From a bacterium (lineage in GTDB: Bacteria; Patescibacteriota; Microgenomatia; Woykebacterales; RBG-16-39-9b): a DNA stretch of 64,000 nucleotides. Positions 36,651 through 45,454 of this stretch are shown piece by piece; within the stretch, counting starts at the first letter, position 1, and each line of letters begins with the position of its first letter. The notes under the pieces are model-generated. The model was not told the DNA's origin, made no database searches, and saw only the letters and a list, made by a program, of their open reading frames with translations. The position numbers and the translations under genes were made by a program. The stretch lies in assembly GCA_030704665.1 (NCBI GenBank), contig JAUYID010000009.1, forward strand, positions 857,702-921,701, written 5' to 3'.

Positions 36651-39600
36651 GCTTCAGCGACTAGTTCTTTGCTGACTTTAGGCTCTTTTTTAGTTTCTTT
36701 TTCAGTAACCTCAGCTTCAGCAATATCTACTTCTTCAGCTGCCACAACCGGAGTTTCTTCAAGATTTTCTACTTTGGCAGTAAGTCGTGCACTTTCACCA
36801 GTAGGAATGAGACGACCAATGATAACGTTTTCTTTAAGTCCTCTCAGGTAATCAATTTTTCCGCTAGTCGCAGCGTCGGTCAGAACTGAAGTAGTCTCTT
36901 GGAAAGAAGCTGCGGATAAAACTGATTCGGTATAAAGAGCCGCTCTGGTAATTCCCAGGATAACAACAGCCGCGGTTGCTGGTTCTCCACCTTGGGCCAA
37001 AACCTTGGCGTTTTCTTCAGCAAAGCGGACTTTGTCCACCAACTCTCCGGGTAGAAGCGCAGTGTTTCCGGAAGTTTCAATTCGAACTTTTTCGCTCATT
37101 TTTCTGACAATTGTCTCAAAGTGTTTGTCGTTGATTGGAGCTCCCTGAGATTCGTAAACTTTCTGCAACTCTCCAATCACGTATTGCTGAACCGCACGAA
37201 TCCCTTTTGTCTCAAGCAAGGTTTTCAGGTCTAAATGCCCGCTCGTGAGCGGGTCTCCAGCTTCAACTTGGTCATCATCTTTGACTCGAAGCTCACTTGT
37301 AACTGGGATGACGTATTCTTTTTCCACTTTTGAACCCTTGTCGCTAGCAGTGATTCGAACCTTTCTTCCCTCATCACTATCAACAACCGCTACTTTACCA
37401 GGGAGTTCGCTGATAACCGCTGGGGTCTTTGGTGTGCGAGCCTCAAAAATTTCATCGACACGTGGCAGACCCTGAGTGATATCCAAACCAATGATACCTC
37501 CCAAATGGAAAGTCCTCATCGTCAACTGAGTTCCAGGCTCTCCAATTGATTGGGCAGCAATGACCCCAACAGGAGTTCCCATACCTACTACTTTTTTGGT
37601 TGAAAGATCACGTCCGTAACAGGACTGGCAAACCCCGAACTTAGTTTCACAAGTGAGAACCGAACGCATCAAAGCTTCTTTTACCTCTGCTTTTTCCAAG
37701 TCAGCCAGGTCTTCCTCAGCCACGATGACACCAGCTTTTTTGGCCACTTTTCCATTTTTCCCTTTTATAGCTACTGCCGCGACCCTACCGACTAGTCTTT
37801 CCAAAAACTTCCCGGGCCGCTCCTCTTCCTGCCGGAAAAGAAGACCTTCTTTGGTTCCACAATCTTCTTCTCTGATCAATAGATCATGGGCCACATCAAC
37901 CAAACGTCGGGTGAGATAACCTGCATCCGCGGTTTTGAGAGCTTTGTCCACTAGTCCTTTTCTGGCTCCTCGAGTTGAAGTGAAATATTCGTAAACATCG
38001 AGACCTTCCCGGTAGTTACTTTTTTGGGGTAATTCCACAATTCGGCCAAGAGGGTCTGCGATCAGTCCTCTCATTCCAGCTAGTTGTTTGATCTGGTCCC
38101 GACTACCGCGTGCCCCAGATTCTTGCATCATTTTCAACGGGTTGTTGGGGCTGAGATTTCTCCAGGTTAGTTCGTCAATTTCCGTGGTTAGTTCTGCCCA
38201 AAGTTCCTCTGAAAGTCGTACCTTTTCTGTTTCCGTGATCAAACCACGACGCAAGTTTTTTTCAATTTCTTCAACTTTTTTGTCTGTTTGAGCAATCAAT
38301 TTTGCTTTGTTGGGAATAATCTCGCAATCAGTGATCGACATTGAAAGCCCTGATTCAGTTACATACAAAAAGCCAAGATCTTTCAAGTCGTCAATCATTT
38401 TTACCGTCCGGTCTTTGCCAAGTAAATTTTGGCTTTTACTAAACAGACCCTTCAAGATTGGTCCTTTCACCAAATCGTTGAAGTAGCGCAGCTCTTCAGG
38501 CAAGGCTAGATTAAAAAGTAATCTTCCCACTGTAGTTTTGAGCACCTCACCTTTGTAAAAAAGGTTTATCGGCTCTTGAACTGAGATTTTTCCAGATTGA
38601 TAAGCAGTAATTGCATTTTCTTCTGAGTAAAGTCCCTTGGGTTCAGCCTCAAGCATTTTAGTTAAATAAAAACAGCCAAGAAAAACGTCTTGTTTTGGAG
38701 TCATGATTGGCTCACCGTCCGCAGGTCGAAGCAGGTTGTTGGTTGACATCATCAGGTTAATTGCCTCCTCCTGGGACGCCATTGACAAAGGAACATGAAT
38801 CGCCATTTGGTCCCCATCAAAATCAGCTCCATAACCAGTAGTGACGGAAGGGTGAATACCAATGGCACTCCCTTCGGTCAGAATTGGAAAGAAAGCCTGC
38901 ATACCCAGACGGTGTAGGGTTGGAGCCCGGTTCAGAAGAACAGGGTGGTTTTTGGTGATTGCCTCCAAAATATCCCAGACTTCAGTTCCTCGTCGTTCAA
39001 AAACATGTTTCGCACTTTTTACGTTGGGGGCATACCCCTGGAAAATAAGTTCTCGCAAAACAAAGGGCTTGAAAAGCTCCAAAGCCATTTCTTTTGGTAG
39101 TCGACATTCATTTAGTTTAATGTCTGGTGCGACAATAATTACACTTCGTCCAGAATAATCAACTCTTTTTCCGAGAAGGTTCTGGCGAAAACGTCCTTGT
39201 TTACCTTTAAGCATGTCGGAAAGCGAGCGCAGTTGTTGGACTCCGGCTCGAGTAGTAGTTGGTCTTTGACTTGCATCAATAAGCGCGTCAACAGCTTCTT
39301 GAAGCATTCTCTTTTCATTTCGCAAAATGATTTCTGGAGCTCCGAGATCCGTTAGTCTCTTTAGCCGGTTGTTGCGGTTGATGACGCGACGATATAGGTC
39401 ATTTAAATCACTTGTCGCAAACCTTCCCCCTGAGAGCTGGACCATTGGTCGCAAATCAGGTGGAATGACCGGTAAAGATTCAAGAATCATCCAGTCCAAT
39501 TTAATATCGGCGTTGCGAAAACCCTCGACAACACGTAGTCTTTTTGTCGCTTTCAACTGCTTTTGTCCAGTTGAGTTTTGGAATTCTTCCCTCAACCCTC

Positions 39601-40441
39601 GCGCAAGCTCATTCAAATCGAGAGTTTTCAGTATTTCCAGCAAGGCTTCTGCCCCCATTCCAACTTTCATAAAACCTTCGACCTTGTAGTCGGCAAGCCT
39701 CTGATACTCGTCTTCCGAAAGTAGGGACATTTTCTTGATTGTCTTGATACGGTCAGAAAGAGTTTTGCTAATCTCTTCAACACGAGCCATCTCTGCCGCT
39801 TCCTCTTCTTTGAGAGACGCTAGGCGTGCTTTTTCTTTCAGTTTCAGCTCATCAACGATCAACTCCCGTTGCTCTTTGTTTTTTACCCCAACTTTTTCAA
39901 CCTCTTCTTTGACTTCCTTGTCAATTTCCTTGCTCCGTTCTTCAAATTCTTTCTTTACTTCTTCTTGGCGGTTTTTGACTTCTTCGCTGAGTGAAGAAAG
40001 AGCCTGCGCTCTTTTGTCCTCATCGGTATCTACCACTAGATATTCTGCAAAATAAACAACCGCATCCAGGCTACGGGGGGTAATGTCAAGTAGTTGGGAG
40101 AGTTTGCTTGGAGTTCCTTTGAAAAACCAAACGTGAGCTACTGGAGCAGCAAGCTTGATATGACCCATTCTTTCGCGACGTACTTTGGACTGGGTAACCT
40201 CAACTCCACACTTGTCACAAATAACTCCGCGGTAACGAATTCTTTTGTATTTTCCACAATAACATTCCCAATCTTTGGTTGGCCCAAAGATTTTCTCATC
40301 AAAAAGCCCATCCTTTTCTGGTTTAAAGGTTCGGTAGTTTATGGTTTCTGGTTTGGTAACTTCCCCGTGAGACCAAGACTTGATGTCTTCCGGACTTGCC
40401 AGAATTATTCTTAAAGCTGCGAAATCTTTGACTTCATTCAT
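36647..40441 (-). CDS. rpoC: RNA polymerase beta' subunit
   Basis: KPETINYRT, Zn finger, GKRVDYSGRSVI, DFDGD, MRTFH. Confidence 0.99.
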   Translation of the reverse strand: MNEVKDFAALRIILASPEDIKSWSHGEVTKPETINYRTFKPEKDGLFDEKIFGPTKDWECYCGKYKRIRYRGVICDKCGVEVTQSKVRRERMGHIKLAAPVAHVWFFKGTPSKLSQLLDITPRSLDAVVYFAEYLVVDTDEDKRAQALSSLSEEVKNRQEEVKKEFEERSKEIDKEVKEEVEKVGVKNKEQRELIVDELKLKEKARLASLKEEEAAEMARVEEISKTLSDRIKTIKKMSLLSEDEYQRLADYKVEGFMKVGMGAEALLEILKTLDLNELARGLREEFQNSTGQKQLKATKRLRVVEGFRNADIKLDWMILESLPVIPPDLRPMVQLSGGRFATSDLNDLYRRVINRNNRLKRLTDLGAPEIILRNEKRMLQEAVDALIDASQRPTTTRAGVQQLRSLSDMLKGKQGRFRQNLLGKRVDYSGRSVIIVAPDIKLNECRLPKEMALELFKPFVLRELIFQGYAPNVKSAKHVFERRGTEVWDILEAITKNHPVLLNRAPTLHRLGMQAFFPILTEGSAIGIHPSVTTGYGADFDGDQMAIHVPLSMASQEEAINLMMSTNNLLRPADGEPIMTPKQDVFLGCFYLTKMLEAEPKGLYSEENAITAYQSGKISVQEPINLFYKGEVLKTTVGRLLFNLALPEELRYFNDLVKGPILKGLFSKSQNLLGKDRTVKMIDDLKDLGFLYVTESGLSMSITDCEIIPNKAKLIAQTDKKVEEIEKNLRRGLITETEKVRLSEELWAELTTEIDELTWRNLSPNNPLKMMQESGARGSRDQIKQLAGMRGLIADPLGRIVELPQKSNYREGLDVYEYFTSTRGARKGLVDKALKTADAGYLTRRLVDVAHDLLIREEDCGTKEGLLFRQEEERPGKFLERLVGRVAAVAIKGKNGKVAKKAGVIVAEEDLADLEKAEVKEALMRSVLTCETKFGVCQSCYGRDLSTKKVVGMGTPVGVIAAQSIGEPGTQLTMRTFHLGGIIGLDITQGLPRVDEIFEARTPKTPAVISELPGKVAVVDSDEGRKVRITASDKGSKVEKEYVIPVTSELRVKDDDQVEAGDPLTSGHLDLKTLLETKGIRAVQQYVIGELQKVYESQGAPINDKHFETIVRKMSEKVRIETSGNTALLPGELVDKVRFAEENAKVLAQGGEPATAAVVILGITRAALYTESVLSAASFQETTSVLTDAATSGKIDYLRGLKENVIIGRLIPTGESARLTAKVENLEETPVVAAEEVDIAEAEVTEKETKKEPKVSKELVAEA

Positions 40442-40530
40442 AGTTTTTTTCCGCTTTCAATTGAAATATCAACCGCAGTACAAATTTTTAAGTTTTTCAA
40501 AAACCAGCCGTTGATTGATAATTCGTTCAT
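40438..40530 (-). CDS. Putative micro-ORF through repeat copy E4 (30 aa)
   Basis: ATGA overlap with both the rpoB stop and the rpoC start; MNELSINGWFLKNLKICTAVDISIESGKKL. Confidence 0.5.
   Translation of the reverse strand: MNELSINGWFLKNLKICTAVDISIESGKKL
40467..40520 (-). repeat. Repeat copy E4 (rpoB/rpoC)
   Basis: Minus strand TATCAATC...GGTTGATA outer stem; core GTTTTTGAAAAACTTAAAAATT. Confidence 0.85.
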
Positions 40531-43500
40531 TCAACAACTTCCTCTTTCAGCTGTTTTTCAGTTGGTTCTTCAACTTCTTCTTTATTTGTTGCCTTGGCTT
40601 CTTCGTTTCCTTCCTCAATCTCAAGAGGAGAATTCTTACTTTCTATTTCCTCAACAGAAGCTTCTATTTCTTCCCCCGCTGCTACGGCAAGTTCTTGACC
40701 AGCTTCTTCAGCTTTGGCCTCTTCAACAAGTTCTTTGGTAGTTTCTGGCTTCTCCTCTTCGATTTGCGCTCCCAAAAGCTCGACTTTTAACCCGAGCCCG
40801 TTCAACTCTTTGACCAAAACTTTAAACGATTCCGGAACAGTTGATTCAGGAATATCAGTTCCCTTGACAATGGCTTCAAAAGCTTTGGCTCGACCAACTA
40901 CATCATCAGATTTTATGGTCAGCATCTCCTGTAAGGTGTGAGAAGCACCATAAGCTTCTAGGGCCCAGACCTCCATTTCCCCTAGCCTCTGGCCTCCCAT
41001 TTGAGCTTTTCCTCCCAACGGTTGTTGAGTGACCAAAGAGTACGGTCCAGTACTACGCGCATGAACTTTTTCATCAACCATGTGAACAAGTTTCATGATG
41101 TAACTGACACCAACCGTGATTGGGTTGGCAAAAACTTCCCCGGTTTTTCCGTTGTAGAGAGTCACTTTTCCACTGACCGGCAAACCAGCTTTTTTCAGTT
41201 CTTCTTCGATTTCTTCTTCTTTAGCACCACCGAAAGCGGGGATGGCGGCGTTGTAACCCTGTTTGGCAGCGGCCCAACCCAAGTGTGTTTCGAGTAGCTG
41301 GCCCAGATTCATACGAGAAATGATTGAGAGTGGTGAAAGAATAATATCAATCGGAGTTCCATCCTCAAGATGAGGCATATCTTCAATCGGAACTACTTTG
41401 GAAATTACTCCTTTGTTTCCGTGACGCCCCGCCAGCTTGTCTCCAACAGTAATTTTTCTTGTTTGGGCAACTTTTACTTTGATCAAGCGCTGGACCCCAG
41501 GTTCAATCTCATCGCCAGCCTCCTTGGAAAGAATTTGTACTCCAACCACAGTTCCACTTTCTCCGTGAGGCATACGCAAAGATGTATCCCGTACTTCACG
41601 TGCTTTTTCACCAAAAATAGCTCTGAGTAACCTTTCCTCAGCAGTAAGCTCGGTTTCTCCTTTAGGGGTAATTTTTCCCACCAAAATATCGTTTGGACCA
41701 ACCTCAGCTCCGATGTAAACAATCCCTTGTTCGTCGAGATTGGCCAAAGCCTCTTCTCCAACGTTCGGAATATCTCGCGTGGTTTCTTCAGGACCTAGTT
41801 TAGTTTCAGTCACAGAAGCTTCAAACTCTTCAATGTGGATTGAAGTCAAAAGGTCTTCTTGCACCAGTCTTTCTGAAATAATAACCGCGTCTTCATAGCC
41901 GTAACCCTCCCAAGACATGTAGGCTATAAGTAAGTTTTGTCCCAAAGCGAGCTCTCCGTTTTCAGAAACTGGTCCATCAGCGACAATTTGGCCTTTTTTG
42001 ACCTTTTCACCTATTTTGGCAATTGCCTTTTGAGTGTAAGCAGTATTTTGATTTGATTTAACAAACTTAGAAAGCTCAAGAGTGTATTCTTTTTTACCGG
42101 CTTCTTCGATTTTTATCATTTGACCGTCTACATAGCTGACTCGACCATCAACCGGACTCATGAGTACTCGTCCCATGTTTTCAGCTACAACGCTCTCCAT
42201 GCCTGTCCCAACGATGGGCGCCCTTGGTTTGATCAGAGGAACAGCCTGAGCTTGCATATTCGCTCCCATCAAAGCTCGGTTCGCATCGTCGTGGGCTAAG
42301 AAAGGAATCAGTGAACTAGAAGCACCAACGATCTGCCAAGGGACAACATCGATAAAATCTACTTGAGAAGAAAGGGCGGTAGTAAAAGAAGCTTTATGTC
42401 GGACCGGGACACGACTGTCCAAAATGTAACCTTTCTTGTCGAGACTAATATTTGCATGGGTGATAAAATATTGCTCTTCATCATCGGCCATCATCCAAAC
42501 AATTTCGTCAGTGACCCGAGCCTTACCGTCTTTTGTTTTCTCAACCTTTCGATAAGGGGTTTCCAAAAAGCCATATTCGTTGATTCTTCCCATCAAGGCC
42601 AGGTGAGTGATCAATCCAATGTTTGGCCCTTCCGGGGATTTGATTGGATCAATACGACCGTACTGGGAGTTGTTGATGTCATGAACTGAGAAACTAGCTC
42701 TTTCGCGAGTCAAACCACCTGGCCCCATCACAGAAAGACGGCGCAAATGTTCAAGCTCGGAAAGGGAATTAATCTGGTCCATAAACTGCGAGAGCTGTGA
42801 GCCAGCAAAGAATTCGTTCAACCGCGCTACCACAGGTCGAGCGTTGATCAGTGAGGTTGGAGTGACCATAGTCAGATCAGCTGAAATACTCATTCTTTCT
42901 TTGACCACCCGTTCCATCTGCAACAAACCAACTCGCAAAACGTTCTGGACTAGCTCACCAACCGTTCGAACACGTCGGTTTCCGAGATGATCAATATCAT
43001 CGGCTTCTCCTTGACCGTTGTTGAGCTGAATCAAAAATCTAGTGGCCGCAATGATGTCATCTTGTGTCAAGATCCAGTGCTCAGAATCGTTGGTAACCTC
43101 AATTCCCAATCTCTTGTTGAGCTTGTAACGACCCACTTTCCCCAAACTGTAGCGCCGAGGATTGAAGAAAAGGTTTTCGAGTAGAACTTTGGCATTTTCC
43201 AAAATTGCAGGGTCTCCGGGGCGCATTTTGTGATAAATCTCAAGATAAGCTTCGTCAGGACCACTAGTCGAATCCTTGGCTAGAGTCGTATCAATGTAGT
43301 GGTGGTCTTCGTTCTTGTCTACTTCAGAGAAAAGTTCTCGTATTTTTTCATCTGACCCAAAGCCAATTGCTCGCAACAAGGTCGTTGCCGGAATGCGACG
43401 TTTTCGGTCGATTCTCACGGTCAGAAGGTCGTTTTTCGCGGTTTCAAACTCAAGCCAACTACCTCGGGTCGGCCGCAGCTCTGCTTTAAACAAGGCTCTT

Positions 43501-43937
43501 CCTGTCGCCGGCTCAATCTCAGCAGAATAGAAAATTCCCGGACTTCGAGTAAGTTGGGTAACCACCACTCTTTCGACACCGTTGATGATGAAGGTACCGG
43601 AAGTGGTCATGAGGGGAACATCACCCAAAAAGACCTCTTGCTCAAGAGTTTCTCCGGTTTCTTTGTTCAGCAAACGAGTTTTGACTCGGAGTGGAGCTGA
43701 GTAAGTAACACCTTTCTCAATTGCTTTGATAGGGTCGTATTTTGGTTCTCCGAGACTGTGCTCGAGAAAATAAAGAGAGAAGTTTTTCCCAGTAAAATCT
43801 TCAATTGGGCTGACTTCAGCAAGTAAATCGGCAATACCTTCTTTGATTAGCCAATCGTAGGATCTAATTTGTGGTTCTATTAAGTTGGGCAAAGGAAATT
43901 CATGACCTGCTGTCCCAAAGATTCGGCGAGAGCTCAT
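40527..43937 (-). CDS. rpoB: RNA polymerase beta subunit
   Basis: SQLSQFMDQ, GDKLAGRHGNKG, GQRLGEMEVWALE. Confidence 0.99.
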   Translation of the reverse strand: MSSRRIFGTAGHEFPLPNLIEPQIRSYDWLIKEGIADLLAEVSPIEDFTGKNFSLYFLEHSLGEPKYDPIKAIEKGVTYSAPLRVKTRLLNKETGETLEQEVFLGDVPLMTTSGTFIINGVERVVVTQLTRSPGIFYSAEIEPATGRALFKAELRPTRGSWLEFETAKNDLLTVRIDRKRRIPATTLLRAIGFGSDEKIRELFSEVDKNEDHHYIDTTLAKDSTSGPDEAYLEIYHKMRPGDPAILENAKVLLENLFFNPRRYSLGKVGRYKLNKRLGIEVTNDSEHWILTQDDIIAATRFLIQLNNGQGEADDIDHLGNRRVRTVGELVQNVLRVGLLQMERVVKERMSISADLTMVTPTSLINARPVVARLNEFFAGSQLSQFMDQINSLSELEHLRRLSVMGPGGLTRERASFSVHDINNSQYGRIDPIKSPEGPNIGLITHLALMGRINEYGFLETPYRKVEKTKDGKARVTDEIVWMMADDEEQYFITHANISLDKKGYILDSRVPVRHKASFTTALSSQVDFIDVVPWQIVGASSSLIPFLAHDDANRALMGANMQAQAVPLIKPRAPIVGTGMESVVAENMGRVLMSPVDGRVSYVDGQMIKIEEAGKKEYTLELSKFVKSNQNTAYTQKAIAKIGEKVKKGQIVADGPVSENGELALGQNLLIAYMSWEGYGYEDAVIISERLVQEDLLTSIHIEEFEASVTETKLGPEETTRDIPNVGEEALANLDEQGIVYIGAEVGPNDILVGKITPKGETELTAEERLLRAIFGEKAREVRDTSLRMPHGESGTVVGVQILSKEAGDEIEPGVQRLIKVKVAQTRKITVGDKLAGRHGNKGVISKVVPIEDMPHLEDGTPIDIILSPLSIISRMNLGQLLETHLGWAAAKQGYNAAIPAFGGAKEEEIEEELKKAGLPVSGKVTLYNGKTGEVFANPITVGVSYIMKLVHMVDEKVHARSTGPYSLVTQQPLGGKAQMGGQRLGEMEVWALEAYGASHTLQEMLTIKSDDVVGRAKAFEAIVKGTDIPESTVPESFKVLVKELNGLGLKVELLGAQIEEEKPETTKELVEEAKAEEAGQELAVAAGEEIEASVEEIESKNSPLEIEEGNEEAKATNKEEVEEPTEKQLKEEVVE

Positions 43938-44050
43938 TCAATAAGGCCTTTCAGCTTTCCAAGCTAGATAAATTTGATTAATAAAACAAAAAACACGACG
44001 GTACAACTCGTACTTTGTGTACGCCGAAGGAAATATTAACTTACGCCGAA

Positions 44051-44079
44051 ATAATACCCAAAAGAATACTTCCTGTCAA
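44051..44079 (-). promoter_or_regulatory. sigma70 promoter of rpoBC
   Basis: TTGACA, 17 nt, TATTAT. Confidence 0.8.
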
Positions 44080-44100
44080 TACTAAAGTTTGACGGTTAGT

Positions 44101-45093
44101 CTATAGATATTTAGCCACATTTGCATTGTGTTCGTCAAGGGTCTTTGCAAAATGGACTTTGCCTTCTTTGTCGTGGAGATAATAATAATAATCCGTTTCT
44201 TGTGGTGAAATCACTGCTTTGATTGAACTTAGGCCGGGATTGCAAATAGGTGCTGGTGGTAAGCCTGCATTTTTGCGGGTGTTGTAGGAACTTACAATTG
44301 CCAAATCTTCCCTGTCCAGGTTTTTCTTCCACCAAGTTTGCTCTCCTTGTTGGTAACCCAGCGCATACTGAATCGTCGCGTCAACCTCAAGACGCATTCC
44401 GATTTTTAAACGTTTGAGCAAAATTCCTGCAATGATTGGCCTTTCCGCGCTTGACCTGGATTCTCTTTCCACCAAAGAAGCAAGAACAACGGTTTCTGCT
44501 AAACTCCTTGTCGATTGACCGATACTTGATTTTAACTCTGCTGTTCTTTTGTCAAAGTTTTTGCGCAAAATACTCGCAACTGTTTTACCATCCGCCTCAA
44601 CAGGAATCAAATAAGTATCCGGAAACATGTAGCCTTCGCGACTAGCTTTGAGAAAATCTTCTTCTTTTACTGGAAACTCTTTGGACAACTTTTCAGCCAT
44701 CTCTTCAACTCGTAGGCCTTCGCGCAGGGTGATCCATTTGTCCACTCGTCCAACAGCTAGTGCTTGCAGAACCTCCTCAGGTTTCAATCCAGTTTTAATC
44801 TTAAAACTTCCTGCCTGAACTGCTGGCTCTTTGTTGTTCAGACGCAAATAAATCCTGAAAGCCACTGAGTTGCGAATGATTCCCTCTTCTTCAAGTTTTT
44901 GAGCTACCTGCAGAAAGGAGTCTCCTTTGTTGATGATGATTACTTTTTCTTTTTCGGCAGTCGTCGGTTTTATGTTTGCTTGATACCACAAAACAGCCGA
45001 GCCAAAAATCAAACTCAACAAAACTAGGAAAACAATGACCAACAAGGAAAGGCTTGTCAAAAATTTTTGGAAAAGTTTTTTAGATTGCAACAT
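44101..45093 (-). CDS. mltG: Endolytic transglycosylase MltG
   Basis: EGYMFPDTY, ASLVERE, GLPPAPICNPG; ATG at 45093. Confidence 0.93.
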   Translation of the reverse strand: MLQSKKLFQKFLTSLSLLVIVFLVLLSLIFGSAVLWYQANIKPTTAEKEKVIIINKGDSFLQVAQKLEEEGIIRNSVAFRIYLRLNNKEPAVQAGSFKIKTGLKPEEVLQALAVGRVDKWITLREGLRVEEMAEKLSKEFPVKEEDFLKASREGYMFPDTYLIPVEADGKTVASILRKNFDKRTAELKSSIGQSTRSLAETVVLASLVERESRSSAERPIIAGILLKRLKIGMRLEVDATIQYALGYQQGEQTWWKKNLDREDLAIVSSYNTRKNAGLPPAPICNPGLSSIKAVISPQETDYYYYLHDKEGKVHFAKTLDEHNANVAKYL

Positions 45094-45454
45094 TGTTTCT
45101 TTTTTCTTGATCCAAATACTCCTGTAATAGGTTAGCTGCAACAGCAGAATCTTCATTTTTCTTTTTTGAAGTCTGGCCCGCGATTTTTGTCGTCAAAGTT
45201 TCATCGACTTTGACAAGCTCGATTTTAACTATTTCCTCTAACTCATCAGCAAATTTTTCTGCTCCAATACTATCTGGATGAGGAATTCCAAAAACCACTG
45301 TCTTGACTTGGTGCTCGTCAATGAGTTGTAAGATCCTTTGTCTTGCTTGACCAGGATTTTTTATTCTCAAAACCGGCAAGGGGGTCGCCAGGTTTCCTTC
45401 ACTGATAGCCAAACCAATTTTTGCTAAACCGTAATCAACGCCAAGAAAACTCAT
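45080..45454 (-). CDS. ruvX: RuvX/YqgF nuclease
   Basis: LGVDYGLAKIGLAIS, VDETLTT, DSAVAANLLQ. Confidence 0.9.
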   Translation of the reverse strand: MSFLGVDYGLAKIGLAISEGNLATPLPVLRIKNPGQARQRILQLIDEHQVKTVVFGIPHPDSIGAEKFADELEEIVKIELVKVDETLTTKIAGQTSKKKNEDSAVAANLLQEYLDQEKRNNVAI

